This document shows, one piece after another, positions 1 through 10,200 of a DNA stretch of 64,000 nucleotides. This stretch comes from Nitrospirota bacterium. Its GTDB lineage: Bacteria; Nitrospirota; JACRHL01. The stretch spans positions 26,729 through 90,728 of the forward strand of contig JAOUMB010000004.1 of assembly GCA_029881725.1 (NCBI GenBank). Reading direction: 5' to 3'. The notes below the pieces were generated by a model. The model was not told where the DNA came from. It searched no databases and was given only the letters and a program-made list of their open reading frames with translations. The translations under genes and the position numbers were made by a program. Within the stretch, counting starts at the first letter, position 1. Each line of letters starts with the position of its first letter.

Positions 1-259
1 GGATCTGGTGGAGCGGAATCCAAACGGACTCGTCTGTGTGCTGCTGGACATGACCATGCCGCGCATGAACGGCACCCAGGCCCTGGAACGGATCCACGTC
101 CTGCGACCCACCCTGCCGGTGCTGATGGTATCGGGATTCAGTGCCGCCGATGCGGGTGAGTTCACCCGCGTCGACCATGTGGCATTTCTGCAAAAACCGT
201 TCAGCGCCGCCGACCTGGAAAAGGCGCTGCGCACCCTGCTGGACACGCCACCCCAATAG
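1..259 (+). CDS. response-regulator receiver (REC) domain, C-terminal fragment; the 5' end lies outside the window, possibly the C-terminal REC of a hybrid sensor kinase
   Basis: ORF 8..259 translation carries REC hallmarks (DMTMPRMNG, conserved Lys in FLQKPF). No start codon in the window. Confidence 0.6.
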   Translation, partial: DLVERNPNGLVCVLLDMTMPRMNGTQALERIHVLRPTLPVLMVSGFSAADAGEFTRVDHVAFLQKPFSAADLEKALRTLLDTPPQ

Positions 260-299
260 GGGGGCTACGCGCCCAGCGATGTTGTAAGGGAGGAAGGAG

Positions 300-1223
300 C
301 TACAGCTTCTTCTGCTGGCGGAACCAGTTGACGGTTTCCTTGAGGCCTTCCTCGAGGCTCACACCCACTTCCCATTCGGCATCGGTGCCAAGTTTTGCGG
401 TGCCCAGCACGCTGCGCACCTGCTCCCCGTCCATGGTGGGACCGTATTTGGGGGAGATGCCACATTCGGTAATTTGCGCCAACACGCTGTGCAGGGTGTT
501 GATCTCGGTCTCCTGGCCGGTGCCCACGTTATACGGCCCGGTAAGGCCCTTGATCATGGCGATCAGGAAGGCCTGCACCACATCCTCCACGTAAACGAAA
601 TCGCGGGTCTGCTTGCCGTGGCCGTTGATGGTGGTCTGCATGCCCTTGAGCATCTGCCGGGTGAAGATGGCCACCACCCCTGCTTCGCCATGGGGATCCT
701 GCCGGGGGCCATAAACGTTGGCCAGACGCATGCTGGCGGCCTGGATGCCCCGGCTCTTGAAGAAATCCAGATACATCTCCCCCGCCGCCTTGCTGATGCC
801 GTAGGGTGATACCGGGCGGATGGGGTGGTCTTCCGTAGCGGGGAATTGCTCCTGCTCGCCGTAGCAGGCGCCGCCGGAACTGGCGAAATAGAAGCGCGCG
901 CACCCCACCTCCACGGCGGACTGCAACACGTTGATCAGCCCCAGGATATTGGCGTCGGCATCCGCCACCGGATTTTCCACGCTCTCGCGCACGCTGATCT
1001 GGGCCGCCAGGTGAAAAATCACCTGCGGGCGCCAGTCGCGCATCTTCTTCACCAGCTTGGGAGAGCGCACGTCCAGTTTGACCAGCTTGGCCTTTTTAGG
1101 AACATTGGCGCGCTTTCCGGTGGACAGGTTGTCCACCACCAGCACTTCGTGCCCCTCCAGCAACAGCCTGTCCACCAGATGCGATCCGATAAATCCGGCA
1201 CCGCCGGTCACCAGGCATTTCAT
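300..1223 (-). CDS. NAD-dependent epimerase/dehydratase, UDP-glucose 4-epimerase (GalE)-like
   Basis: N-terminal Rossmann motif MKCLVTGGAGFIGSHL and YxxxK catalytic motif (SPYGISKAAGE). The track ORF runs to 1838, but the conserved N-terminus begins at the ATG at 1223, giving a 4-nt ATGA overlap with the upstream gene. The 5' extension is non-conserved low-complexity sequence. Confidence 0.8.
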   Translation of the reverse strand: MKCLVTGGAGFIGSHLVDRLLLEGHEVLVVDNLSTGKRANVPKKAKLVKLDVRSPKLVKKMRDWRPQVIFHLAAQISVRESVENPVADADANILGLINVLQSAVEVGCARFYFASSGGACYGEQEQFPATEDHPIRPVSPYGISKAAGEMYLDFFKSRGIQAASMRLANVYGPRQDPHGEAGVVAIFTRQMLKGMQTTINGHGKQTRDFVYVEDVVQAFLIAMIKGLTGPYNVGTGQETEINTLHSVLAQITECGISPKYGPTMDGEQVRSVLGTAKLGTDAEWEVGVSLEEGLKETVNWFRQQKKL

Positions 1224-2173
1224 AAATCGTTCTCCCGTTGATACCATTCCACGTAGCGGCGGATGCCCTCTTCCAGTGGGGTGTGTGGAGTGTACCCCAA
1301 GTCGCGTTTCGCGCAAGCCACATCGGCCCAGGTGGCCACCACATCCCCCGGCTGCATCGGCTTGCGCTCGATCACCGCCTGCCTGCCCAGCGCCTTTTCG
1401 ATCAGTTGCACCAGACCCGCAAGCGGCGTGGTCACCGAGCCGCCCAGATTGTAAATCGCATAGGGCGTGGGCCGGTCCAGCGCCGCCACGGTGCCGGCGA
1501 TGATGTCGTCGATATAGGTGTAATCCCGCCGGGTGGTGCCGTCGCCAAACAGGGGGATGGGCTCTCCTCGGTCGATCATGCGGGTGAATTTGGCGATGGC
1601 CAGATCCGGCCGCTGGCGGGGGCCGAACACGGTGAAAAAACGCAGGCAGGTGACCGGAAACCCATACAGGTGGTGCCAGGTGTGGCACATGAGCTCCCCG
1701 GCCTTCTTGGTGGCCGCGTAGGGGCTGATGGGGTGGTCCACCCGGTCGCTCTCGGCAAACGGCACCTTCTCGTTGTTGCCGTACACGCTGGAGGACGATG
1801 CGAACACCAGGTTGCCCACGTCGGCTTCCCGGCAGCACTCGAGGATGTTGGCGGTGCCGTTCACGTTCACCCGCTGATAGTCCAGCGGTCGCTCAATGGA
1901 AGGACGCACCCCGGCCAGCGCCGCCAGGTGCACCACCCGGTCCACCCGGTGGGTGGCAAAGGCGGCGGACAGCAGCGGCAGGTCGAGAATATCGCCCTCC
2001 ACGAAGGTGAAATTGGGATGCCCGGAAAAGGCCGCCAGATGGCGCTCCTTGACGGCGCGGGGGTAGAACGGGTCGAAGTTGTCCACCCCCACCACGCGCT
2101 CGCCCCGCGCCAGCAGCGCCTCGCACAGGTGGGAACCGATAAATCCGGCCGCACCCGTCACCAGAATGGTCAT
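1220..2173 (-). CDS. NAD-dependent epimerase/dehydratase (UDP-sugar 4-epimerase family, WbpP/UDP-glucuronate epimerase-like)
   Basis: MTILVTGAAGFIGSHL Rossmann motif and PYAATKKAGE (YxxxK). Translationally coupled to the downstream epimerase. Confidence 0.8.
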   Translation of the reverse strand: MTILVTGAAGFIGSHLCEALLARGERVVGVDNFDPFYPRAVKERHLAAFSGHPNFTFVEGDILDLPLLSAAFATHRVDRVVHLAALAGVRPSIERPLDYQRVNVNGTANILECCREADVGNLVFASSSSVYGNNEKVPFAESDRVDHPISPYAATKKAGELMCHTWHHLYGFPVTCLRFFTVFGPRQRPDLAIAKFTRMIDRGEPIPLFGDGTTRRDYTYIDDIIAGTVAALDRPTPYAIYNLGGSVTTPLAGLVQLIEKALGRQAVIERKPMQPGDVVATWADVACAKRDLGYTPHTPLEEGIRRYVEWYQRENDL

Positions 2174-2192
2174 GATCCCCGCTCCATACCGG

Positions 2193-2969
2193 TCATGTTT
2201 CGGCCGGTTTGATCAAATGAATGAGGAACTCCACATTCCCCTTGGTGCCCGTGATGGACGATTCGGCCTGCCCCGTGCAGACAAGCCCCGCCCGTGCCGC
2301 GGCGTCGATCACCTTTTCCACCGCCTGGGCGCGCAACCCGGGATCGCGCACAATGCCGCCCTTTCCCACCTGTCCCTTGCCCACCTCGAACTGGGGTTTT
2401 ACCAGCAGCACCATCTCTCCACCCGGCGCCAAAAGCCCCGCCAGGGCGGGCAGCACCAGGGTAAGCGAGATGAACGACAGGTCGCCCACGATCAGTTCCG
2501 GCAGGGTGGCCGGGCCGTCGGATTCCGCCAGGCCCTCCGGCGTCAGATGGCGCACGTTGGTGCGGTCCATCACCGTCACCCGGGGGTCGCTGGCGACTTT
2601 GGTGTCCAACTGCCCGTAGCCCACGTCCACGGCATACACATGCGCCGCGCTCCGTTGCAGCAGGCAGTCGGAAAAGCCGCCGGTGGAGGCTCCGGCGTCC
2701 AGGCACACGCGCCCCGCCGGGTCGATGGCAAAGGCGTCCAGCGCCCCGGCCAGTTTTTTGCCGCCGCGCCCCACGAACGGTTCCGGCTGGAGCACGGTGA
2801 TGTCCGCGTCTCCCGGCACCGCCTGTCCCGCCTTGACCCCCGCCAGCCCTTCCACGCGCACCTGTCCGGCCAGAATCAATGCCTGGGCGCGGGTGCGGGT
2901 TTCGGCCAGCCCCCGGATCACCAGGAGTTGGTCGAGACGTTCCTTTTTGGCGGGTTTATCGGCGGGCAT
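2193..2969 (-). CDS. tlyA: TlyA-family rRNA 2'-O-methyltransferase (hemolysin A-like)
   Basis: S4-like N-terminus (RLDQLLVIRGLAETRTRAQALI) followed by an FtsJ-type SAM methyltransferase core (LDAGASTGGFSD). Start placed at MPADKP by residue offset from the ORF end. Confidence 0.8.
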   Translation of the reverse strand: MPADKPAKKERLDQLLVIRGLAETRTRAQALILAGQVRVEGLAGVKAGQAVPGDADITVLQPEPFVGRGGKKLAGALDAFAIDPAGRVCLDAGASTGGFSDCLLQRSAAHVYAVDVGYGQLDTKVASDPRVTVMDRTNVRHLTPEGLAESDGPATLPELIVGDLSFISLTLVLPALAGLLAPGGEMVLLVKPQFEVGKGQVGKGGIVRDPGLRAQAVEKVIDAAARAGLVCTGQAESSITGTKGNVEFLIHLIKPAET

Positions 2970-3017
2970 GGTGGCGCAGGGCAACGTCACGAAAGGCAGT
3001 CACCAGCCGGAACCGGC

Positions 3018-4934
3018 TCAGGTGGCGCGGAATACCCGTCCGGCCGCCGGGCGGTCGGCCACCAGCAATCGGGCGGCATCGGCAATGCCTTCGGCGTCCA
3101 GCCCCAGATCGGCGCGCAATACCGGCTGCGGGCCCTGCTCGATAAAGCGGTCGGGAATGCCCAGCCGTTTTACGCGGGCGGTCACGTTGTGCCGCTCCAG
3201 GCACTCCAGCACCGCGCTGCCGAATCCTCCGGCCAAGGCATTTTCCTCCACGGTGAGGAGATACCCGGTCTCCGCCGCTTCCAGCACCGCCTCCTCGTCC
3301 AGCGGTTTGACGAAGCGGGCGTCCACCACCCGCGCGGAGATGCCCTCGGCGGCCAGCCGCTCGGCGGCGTCCAGCGCCGGATAGGCCAGGGTGCCAACCG
3401 ACAGAATGGTCATGTCGGCGCCCTTGCGCAGGGTTTCCGACTTGCCCACCGGCAGCAGGGAGAACCCGGCAAGCTCTTCCGGCTCGGCAATGGAACCGCG
3501 CGGGTAGCGCAGGGCGCTGGGCAGGTCCAACCGGGTGCCGGTGTACAGCATGTCGCGCAGATCCCGGCCGTTTCTGGGGGCCATGACCACCAGCCCTGGC
3601 ACGCTGCGCAGGAACGACAGGTCGAAGGTGCCGTGGTGGGTGGGGCCGTCGTCGCCCACCAGCCCGCCCCGGTCCATGGCGAACACCACCGGCAGCTTTT
3701 GCAGGGCCACGTCGTGAATCACCTGATCGTAGCCGCGCTGCAAAAAGGTGGAGTAGATCGCCGCCACCGGCCGTTTGCCCTCCGTGGCAAGCCCCGCGGC
3801 AAAGGTGACCGCGTGCTGCTCGGCAATGCCCACGTCAAAAAAACGCTCCGGAAAACGCTCCCCAAAGGCGGCGGTTCCGGTGCCGGTGGGCATGGCGGCG
3901 GTGATCGCCACCACGTCCGGATCGCGCTCCGCCAGTTCGATCAGGGCATCACCGAATACCTTGGTGAAGGCCGGCAGGGTGGAGCCCCCCCCCTGCACGC
4001 CCACGGTCTTGTCGAACCTGGGGGTACCGTGATAGCTGACCGGATTGTCCTCGGCCAGGGCATAGCCCTTGCCTTTTTTGGTGACCACGTGCAGCAGGGT
4101 GGGGCCTTTGAGCTTGTGGATGTTCTGCAACACCGGGATCAGGTGGTCCAGATTGTGGCCGTCGATGGGGCCCAGGTAGCGGAAACCCAATTCCTCGAAC
4201 ACCACGCCGGGGGTGATGAAACCCTTCACCGCCTCCTCCGCCTTGCGCGCCATGCGCGCCATGCGCTGCCCCACGCGGGGGATGTGGCTGAGGATCTGTT
4301 CGGTCTCCTCGCGCACCCAGGAATACAGGTCGCCGCTCAGGGTGCGGCTCAGGTAGGCGGACAGGGCACCCACGTTGGGGGAGATGGACATCTCGTTGTC
4401 GTTCAGCACCACTAGCAGGTTCTTTTTGGTGCCGCCCGCGTGGTTGAGCGCCTCGAAGGCCATGCCCGCGGTCATGGAACCGTCGCCGATGATGGCCACC
4501 GCATGGTTTTTTCCACCGTTCAGGTCGCGCCCGGCGGCCATGCCCAGGGCGGCGGAAATGGAGGTGCCCGCGTGCCCGGCGCCGAACGGATCGTGTTCGC
4601 TTTCGGAGCGCTTCTGGAAGCCCGAAATGCCCCCGTGCTGGCGCAGGGTGTGGATGCGGTCGCGGCGGCCGGTGAGCAGCTTGTGCACGTAGGCCTGGTG
4701 GGATACGTCCCACACCATCCGGTCCACCGGAGAGTTGAACACATGGTGCAGGGCCACGGTCAATTCCACCACGCCCAGGTTGGGGCCCAGATGGCCGCCG
4801 GTGGTGGATACCACGTCGATCAGGCAGTCGCGAATTTCGGCGCACAGGGCCACCAGTTGCTTACGCGACAGGGTCTTCACGTCGGCGGGGCCGCCGATGG
4901 TATCGAGCAGCGGATAGCGGGAGATGTCGGTCAC
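3018..4934 (-). CDS. dxs: 1-deoxy-D-xylulose-5-phosphate synthase
   Basis: 638 aa, full-length Dxs with a TPP-binding motif ([18 protein letters not shown]) and transketolase-like middle and C-terminal domains. Classic ispA-dxs arrangement. Confidence 0.95.
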   Translation of the reverse strand: MTDISRYPLLDTIGGPADVKTLSRKQLVALCAEIRDCLIDVVSTTGGHLGPNLGVVELTVALHHVFNSPVDRMVWDVSHQAYVHKLLTGRRDRIHTLRQHGGISGFQKRSESEHDPFGAGHAGTSISAALGMAAGRDLNGGKNHAVAIIGDGSMTAGMAFEALNHAGGTKKNLLVVLNDNEMSISPNVGALSAYLSRTLSGDLYSWVREETEQILSHIPRVGQRMARMARKAEEAVKGFITPGVVFEELGFRYLGPIDGHNLDHLIPVLQNIHKLKGPTLLHVVTKKGKGYALAEDNPVSYHGTPRFDKTVGVQGGGSTLPAFTKVFGDALIELAERDPDVVAITAAMPTGTGTAAFGERFPERFFDVGIAEQHAVTFAAGLATEGKRPVAAIYSTFLQRGYDQVIHDVALQKLPVVFAMDRGGLVGDDGPTHHGTFDLSFLRSVPGLVVMAPRNGRDLRDMLYTGTRLDLPSALRYPRGSIAEPEELAGFSLLPVGKSETLRKGADMTILSVGTLAYPALDAAERLAAEGISARVVDARFVKPLDEEAVLEAAETGYLLTVEENALAGGFGSAVLECLERHNVTARVKRLGIPDRFIEQGPQPVLRADLGLDAEGIADAARLLVADRPAAGRVFRAT

Positions 4935-5836
4935 CGGTCACGCTCCACAATATATTCAGCCAGGGCAGCCAGCGGTTCGGCGCGTTCGCCGAAGGGTGCC
5001 AACCGGTCTATGGCGTCGGTTTTAAGTCGCCGGGCAAAGTCCCGGGCGCCGTCCAGCCCCATCAATGCCGGATAGGTCAGTTTTCCCTGGGCGCTGTCCT
5101 TGCCGGCGGTTTTGCCCAGGGTGGCGGTGTCGGCGGTTTCGTCCAGCACGTCGTCCGCCACCTGAAACGCCAGCCCGATGGCGCGACCGAATTCGGTCAG
5201 GGCGGTCAGCGCGCCGGTGTCGGCCCCGGCGGCCAGAGCCCCCATGCGCACGCTGGCGGTAAGCAGGGCCCCGGTCTTGTGGGCGTGAATGGTGCGCAGG
5301 TGATCCAGGGTGTGCGGCCCGCCGCCCACGCCAGCAGTCGTTTGCGCCTCCATGTCCAGCATCTGCCCGCCTACCATGCCCCACGGGCCGGACGCCGCAG
5401 CCAGCTCCGCCACCAGCTTCAGGCGCACCCCCTCCGGCAGGTCCGCATCCGCGAGCCAGCTGAAGGCCAGGGTTTGCAGGCCGTCACCCACCAGAATGGC
5501 GGTGGCCTCGTCGAACTGCCGGTGGCAGGTGGGGCGGCCCCGGCGCAGGTCGTCGTCATCCATGGCGGGCAGGTCGTCGTGCACCAGGGAATAGCCGTGG
5601 ATCAACTCCAGGGCACCCGCCACCGGCAACACCTTCTCCCCTTCCCCTCCGGCGGCCTGAAACGCGGCCACGCACAGGATCGGCCGCACCCGCTTGCCGC
5701 CGCCAAGAATGGCATAGCGCATGGCGTCGGCCAGCCGTGCCGGAGTGGTGGCCAGATCGGACAGGCGCTTCTCAAGCGCGCCATCCACCCGCGCCGCCCA
5801 GTGGCCGGTGTATTCCCGGAGGGAGAAGCCGCTCAC
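4931..5836 (-). CDS. ispA: (2E,6E)-farnesyl diphosphate synthase / geranyltranstransferase
   Basis: Two Asp-rich motifs ([17 protein letters not shown] and FQVADDVLD). GTG start at 5836, checked by base indexing, overlaps the xseB stop (GTGA) and the gene overlaps dxs by 4 nt. Confidence 0.85.
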   Translation of the reverse strand: MSGFSLREYTGHWAARVDGALEKRLSDLATTPARLADAMRYAILGGGKRVRPILCVAAFQAAGGEGEKVLPVAGALELIHGYSLVHDDLPAMDDDDLRRGRPTCHRQFDEATAILVGDGLQTLAFSWLADADLPEGVRLKLVAELAAASGPWGMVGGQMLDMEAQTTAGVGGGPHTLDHLRTIHAHKTGALLTASVRMGALAAGADTGALTALTEFGRAIGLAFQVADDVLDETADTATLGKTAGKDSAQGKLTYPALMGLDGARDFARRLKTDAIDRLAPFGERAEPLAALAEYIVERDR

Positions 5837-6069
5837 CGGTCCTCCCCCAGTTCGGATGCGTCCAGCGGCACAATGCCGCGCTCCTTCATCAACTGTTCCA
5901 CCCGCTGCTCCGCCTTGCCCAGCAAGTCCAGACACTCCCGCGACAATCCCACCCCCTCCTCGAACAGGGTGAGGGAGTCCTCCAGCGTCTGCTCGCCGGA
6001 TTCGAGCCTGCGCACGATCTCCTCGAGCCGCTTGACGGAGGGTTCAAACTGGGCCTTTTTCTGGGTCAC
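5833..6069 (-). CDS. xseB: exodeoxyribonuclease VII small subunit
   Basis: About 78 aa with AQFEPSVKRLEEIVRRLESGEQTLEDSLTLFEEGV, typical of XseB. GTG start at 6069. Lies upstream of ispA as in many gammaproteobacteria. Confidence 0.8.
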   Translation of the reverse strand: MTQKKAQFEPSVKRLEEIVRRLESGEQTLEDSLTLFEEGVGLSRECLDLLGKAEQRVEQLMKERGIVPLDASELGEDR

Positions 6070-6321
6070 GGCGCCTGTCGTTCGGGTAAAATTCCGATCA
6101 ATAATACGGGAAGGGGAAGTATACCCCCATTTTTCCCGGGGTTGAAGCAGAGACACCCCCGCCACCCACGCCGGGACCGCAAAAGCCACGCATCCCCTTG
6201 CCGGTTGAGGCGCTTTTCGGGTACGTTACGTGGGTTTTCGCGGCCCCGCCACCGGGTGCCGTGCGTATGGATCGGGGAATATCATCTACCTGTTCAGGCC
6301 CCTTTTGTTTTGGAGAAACCG

Positions 6322-7137
6322 TTGAGCGACCGCAATCTGCCCCACGGACCGCACGGAATGCCCGCAGACCGCTTCACAGAAGCCGGTGAAGGCTTTGTGG
6401 ACTTGCTGGAGGCCAACTGGAAACTGTTGGTCGGACTGGTGGTGGTCATCATCATGACGGTTTCCGGAGCGGTGGCCTTCAAGCGCGCCAGCGAAACCCG
6501 CCAAGCCGATCTGCAGGGGCAGGTGGCCGCAATCGCCAGCATCTATCCGGGGGATCCGGACGCCACCGTGCCTCCCGGCGCCGAGGCCGCAGCCGTAGCG
6601 GCGGAAAAGTATCAGGCCTTCCTGAATGAAGGTGCCGAAGGCCCGGCTCTGTATATGGCCCAGATCAACCTGGGCCGCACCCTGGAAGCCACCGGCGACA
6701 CCGACAAGGCGGGCGCCAGTTACCGGGAGGCGCTTTCCGCTCCCGCCCCCTTTGCGGCGGTGGCCCACATGCGGCTGGGCTATCTGGCGGCAAACGCCGG
6801 TCAGCACACCGACGCGGCGGAGCATTTTAAACAGGCCGCGTCCGCCGACCGCTCACTGGCGGCGCAGGCCAGCCTGGAAATGGCCTACATGGCGGAAATT
6901 TCCGGCGACACCGGCCTGGCCATCACCCGCTACGTGGAGGTGGCCAAAGCCCACCCGGAATCGCCCCAGGAGGCGGAAGCCCGCTCCCGCATCCGGGTGC
7001 TGGGCGGCGACCCGGCGGAACTGCTGGGCGAAAACGTGCCGGAGCCGGTCGCCATGCCCACCGGCAACACCGAAGCCCCGGCTGAACCCGCCACGGACGC
7101 TGCGGCTCCGGCGGATACTTCCGGCGAGAGCCGCTGA
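6322..7137 (+). CDS. membrane-anchored TPR-like protein (YfgM-like), Ala-rich C-terminus
   Basis: Single N-terminal TM helix (WKLLVGLVVVIIMTVSGAVAF) followed by TPR-like helical repeats. Start is uncertain: TTG at 6322 preceded by GGAGAA, or ATG at 6358. The track ORF from 5737 overlaps xseB and ispA on the opposite strand and is rejected. Confidence 0.45.
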   Translation: MSDRNLPHGPHGMPADRFTEAGEGFVDLLEANWKLLVGLVVVIIMTVSGAVAFKRASETRQADLQGQVAAIASIYPGDPDATVPPGAEAAAVAAEKYQAFLNEGAEGPALYMAQINLGRTLEATGDTDKAGASYREALSAPAPFAAVAHMRLGYLAANAGQHTDAAEHFKQAASADRSLAAQASLEMAYMAEISGDTGLAITRYVEVAKAHPESPQEAEARSRIRVLGGDPAELLGENVPEPVAMPTGNTEAPAEPATDAAAPADTSGESR

Positions 7138-7262
7138 CGGGCAACAAGTTCCGTTGCCCGGTGGCCGGCCGTCTGGTATGATTCCGGCCCCGGACGCGCA
7201 CCGCGTCCCGCTGGTGCCCACGCCGGGCGTGCCACCGGCCTATAATTTGAGTGATTTGTCTT

Positions 7263-7338
<76 letters not shown>

Positions 7339-7383
7339 ATCACTCCTCCGTTCCGGTCACCATCCGGCGGAGATCAAAAAACG

Positions 7384-7418
7384 GCCCGCTTCCCCCTTGG
7401 GGTTGTGGGCGTTTTTTT
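7384..7418 (+). terminator. rho-independent terminator after tRNA-Ala, possibly bidirectional with convergent dapF
   Basis: GC-rich hairpin GCCCGCttCCCC-ttg-GGGGttGTGGGC followed by TTTTTTT. Confidence 0.45.
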
Positions 7419-7465
7419 GGGTTGTTCCGTACACCAATTCCTCGGCGCGGACGGTGGAAACCGGT

Positions 7466-8305
7466 CTAGCGGAGGACTTCCGGGTCCAGTTCGCCACGGA
7501 ACAGCACCCGGGTGGGGCCATCGATGGTGACGGCGCGGAAGGTGTCGCCTTCACGGGTGAAGTGCACGGTAAGCTGCTCCCCCGAAATTGGAGATACCGT
7601 AACCGGCGAGGTGGCCTTGCCCAAGTGGGCGTACACCAGCGCGGCGGCGGTGACGCCGGTGCCACAGGCCATGGTCTCGTCCTCCACGCCCCGCTCGTAG
7701 GTGCGCACCCGCAGGGTGCCGTCCGGGGAGTGGGACACAAAGTTGACGTTGGTTCCCTCGGGGGCAAAACGCTCGTCAAAACGGGCCTCGGCCCCCAACA
7801 CCTGAACATCCAGGGTTCCAACCGATTCCACCGGAATGACCAGATGCGGCACCCCGGTGTTGATGAAATAACCGGTATATTCCTCACCGCCCAGGGTCAG
7901 TTCGATATCCGGGGTGACGGCTCCCGGCGGGGTGAGGGTGACCGCCACGTCGCCGCCGTGGACTTCGGAATGCACCACACCCGCGCCCGTCTCGAAATCC
8001 GCTTGATCGCCGGTGATGTCGGCCATGCGGGCGAAGCGCGCCGCGCACCGCGCGCCGTTGCCGCACATGTTGGCGGCGGACCCGTCGGCGTTGAAGAAGC
8101 GCCAGGAAAAATTGTACCGGTCCGACCCCTCGATCAGAATCAACCCGTCAGTGCCCACTCCATGCACCGGTGAACAGGCGCGGATGACAAACGCCTCGAA
8201 CGAAAGGGAGGTTCCCTCCAGCGCCGCCTCCACCACCTTGCCCCGGTTGTCGATCAACACGAAGGTGTTGCCGGAACCACTCATCTTGGAAAATGGAATG
8301 TGCAT
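7466..8305 (-). CDS. dapF: diaminopimelate epimerase
   Basis: MHIPFSKMSGSGNTFVLID N-terminus and both catalytic Cys contexts (MCGNGARC and ETMACGTG). ATG at 8305 checked by base indexing. Confidence 0.9.
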   Translation of the reverse strand: MHIPFSKMSGSGNTFVLIDNRGKVVEAALEGTSLSFEAFVIRACSPVHGVGTDGLILIEGSDRYNFSWRFFNADGSAANMCGNGARCAARFARMADITGDQADFETGAGVVHSEVHGGDVAVTLTPPGAVTPDIELTLGGEEYTGYFINTGVPHLVIPVESVGTLDVQVLGAEARFDERFAPEGTNVNFVSHSPDGTLRVRTYERGVEDETMACGTGVTAAALVYAHLGKATSPVTVSPISGEQLTVHFTREGDTFRAVTIDGPTRVLFRGELDPEVLR

Positions 8306-8356
8306 GGGCGCGAGTTTACCACGACCCAAATCGCGGGTCGCAAATCGGAGAAGCGG

Positions 8357-8728
8357 CTAGCCGTTCATCAACTGGCTGTAGCGCAGGCCGCGCAGGATTA
8401 CTGCATACAGCAGGGTGGCGCCGAAGGCGGAAATGCTCGACAGCACCAGATAGCGAAGCCCCAGCTTGACCGCCAGCGGCCCCTCCAGGTGGATGCCCTC
8501 CGGGAAGATATGCCGGTCGTGGGCGCGTCGGGTGGCGATGTAGGTGATTCCCACCCCCAGATACCATACGGTGTAGGCCACGAACACCAGCATGGCGGTG
8601 ACCAGCACGTTGCCCACATGGGTCCAGCCGTTGTGGGAGATGAGCACCGGCGCGAGCAGGCGCGCAGCCACCACCGTGGCCGCAAACCCCACACCGGTGC
8701 GGATCAGGTTCAGACGTTCCGCCTGCAT
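8357..8728 (-). CDS. small integral membrane protein, unknown function
   Basis: 123 aa with 3-4 predicted TM helices. No recognisable motif. Confidence 0.45.
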   Translation of the reverse strand: MQAERLNLIRTGVGFAATVVAARLLAPVLISHNGWTHVGNVLVTAMLVFVAYTVWYLGVGITYIATRRAHDRHIFPEGIHLEGPLAVKLGLRYLVLSSISAFGATLLYAVILRGLRYSQLMNG

Positions 8729-8731
8729 GGG

Positions 8732-9889
8732 CTACACACGCTCCTCGGGGTCGAACAGTTTTTTGTATTCGCCAATGGCGTACCGGTCGGTCATGCCGGA
8801 CACATAGTCGGCCACCACGCGCGCCACCTGCGCCTCGGATGCCTTGTCGCCGATCATTTCCTGGTACTGGGGCGGCAGCAGGTCGGGCTGGGAGGCAAAG
8901 GCGGTGAACAGTTCCCGCACCACCCGCTCCGCCTTGGACGCCATGCGCTGCACCCGCCAGTAGCGGTAAACCCGGTTGAACAAAAATCGTTTCAGTTCCG
9001 CGTTCTCACGCTTGGTGGCGGGAGAGAACGACACCAGATCCTCCGGCATCGCCCGTACGTCGTCCACCGATTGCACGCCGGAGGCTTCGATTCGCTCCAG
9101 GGTGTGCCCCACCAGGTCGGTAATCAGGTAGCTGATCAGGCGGCGGATGGTTTCGTACAGTTGCTTGCGCGGCGGCGCCTCGGGCCAGCGTTCCAGCACC
9201 CGGTCGTGCTGGCGGGCAAACACGCTCACCTGCCGCATGTCGTCCAGGGTGATGATGCCGGCGTTGATGGCGTCGTCGATGTCGTGGTTATTGTAGGCGA
9301 TCTCATCCGCCTGATTGGCCACCTGGGCCTCCAGCGAAGGGCCGTTCTCGGCACAGAAGTCATACACATCAGACGATTCCGGCGCGTCGTAGGGGGTGCG
9401 GTGCTTGGCAATTCCCTCGCGGGTTTCGAAGGTCAGGTTCAGGCCGTGAAAGGCCATGTAGCGGTCTTCCAGCCAGTCCACGATGCGCAGGCTCTGGCGG
9501 TTGTGCTCAAAGCCGCCGAAGTCTTTCATCAGCTCGGCCATGGCCGTCTGCCCGCTGTGGCCGAACGGCGTGTGCCCCAGGTCGTGGGCCAGGCTGATGG
9601 CCTCGGCCAGATCCACGTTCAGGCCCAGCATGCGGCTGATGCCGCGGGCGATCTGCGCCACTTCCAGGGTGTGGGTGAGGCGGGTGCGGTAGCGGTCGCC
9701 CTCGTGATTGACGAACACCTGGGTTTTGTATTCCAGGCGGCGGAAGGCGTTGCAGTGGATCACCCGGTCCCGGTCGCGCTGGAACTCGGTGCGCCCCGTG
9801 GGCGGGGTTTCGGCCACGCGCCGGCCCCGGCTCTGCTCCGGGTGGCAGGCATAGGGGGCGAGCTTCCCCTCGTGAAAGAGTTCCATCAT
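8732..9889 (-). CDS. dGTPase-like HD-domain triphosphohydrolase (deoxyguanosinetriphosphate triphosphohydrolase-like protein)
   Basis: HD motif (HTLEVAQIARGI ... AHDLGHTPFGH) and dGTPase-family length of 385 aa. Confidence 0.8.
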   Translation of the reverse strand: MMELFHEGKLAPYACHPEQSRGRRVAETPPTGRTEFQRDRDRVIHCNAFRRLEYKTQVFVNHEGDRYRTRLTHTLEVAQIARGISRMLGLNVDLAEAISLAHDLGHTPFGHSGQTAMAELMKDFGGFEHNRQSLRIVDWLEDRYMAFHGLNLTFETREGIAKHRTPYDAPESSDVYDFCAENGPSLEAQVANQADEIAYNNHDIDDAINAGIITLDDMRQVSVFARQHDRVLERWPEAPPRKQLYETIRRLISYLITDLVGHTLERIEASGVQSVDDVRAMPEDLVSFSPATKRENAELKRFLFNRVYRYWRVQRMASKAERVVRELFTAFASQPDLLPPQYQEMIGDKASEAQVARVVADYVSGMTDRYAIGEYKKLFDPEERV

Positions 9890-10002
9890 CTGGCGTTCCG
9901 CCCAAAGGTGCGTTGCATGGCCCGCCGATGGTACGGCCCCGCCCGCATCCGGTCAAGGTGCTACGCGCACGGCGGTATTCGCTTCGCGATTTGGATCGGG
10001 GA

Positions 10003-10200
10003 TTCTGTTTCTGCCACACGGTGGAGGCCCGCTCCCCTCCAACCGCCGTCAACTCATGCGGATATAGCCCCACCCCTACCGGTAGTCACTTTGCAAGCTG
10101 GAACAGGAATCCCCATGTCTGCCGCATGGTGGAGGCCCGTTCCCCTCCAACTGCCGCCTACCCATGCGGATATGGCCTCGCGCCTATCGGAGCGCTCCGG
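10003..10200. repeat. tandem duplication (two copies, period ~108 bp) of a ~75-80 nt hairpin-forming element in the dgt / radical-SAM intergenic region
   Basis: Copy 1 (CTGCCACACGGTGGAGGCCCGCTCCCCTCCAACCGCCGTCAACTCATGCGGATATAGCC) is ~80% identical to copy 2 starting ~10119 (CTGCCGCATGGTGGAGGCCCGTTCCCCTCCAACTGCCGCCTACCCATGCGGATATGGCC). Copy 2 has intact nested inverted repeats (CCGCATGG/CCATGCGG and TGGAGG/CCTCCA); copy 1 is degraded. Confidence 0.55.

Noticed and set aside
300-1838. 512-aa version of the GalE-like ORF. The same issue applies to fabG 30818..32062, truA/transporter 13421..15313, rseP 18660..19835 and PilZ-like B 56273..56800.
   Set aside because: The N-terminal extensions are unconserved and overlap the upstream gene. 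Conserved family N-termini and RBS placement support the internal starts used in the feature list.
2079-4415. 778-aa ORF on the plus strand
   Set aside because: Entirely antisense to dxs and tlyA. The translation is Gly/Ala/Arg/His-rich low-complexity sequence with no motifs. Typical shadow ORF of a ~65% GC genome.
10003-10200. Possible CRISPR array
   Set aside because: Only two repeat copies, the repeats are imperfect (about 80%), the period is 108 bp without a unique-spacer pattern, and there are no cas genes in 64 kb.
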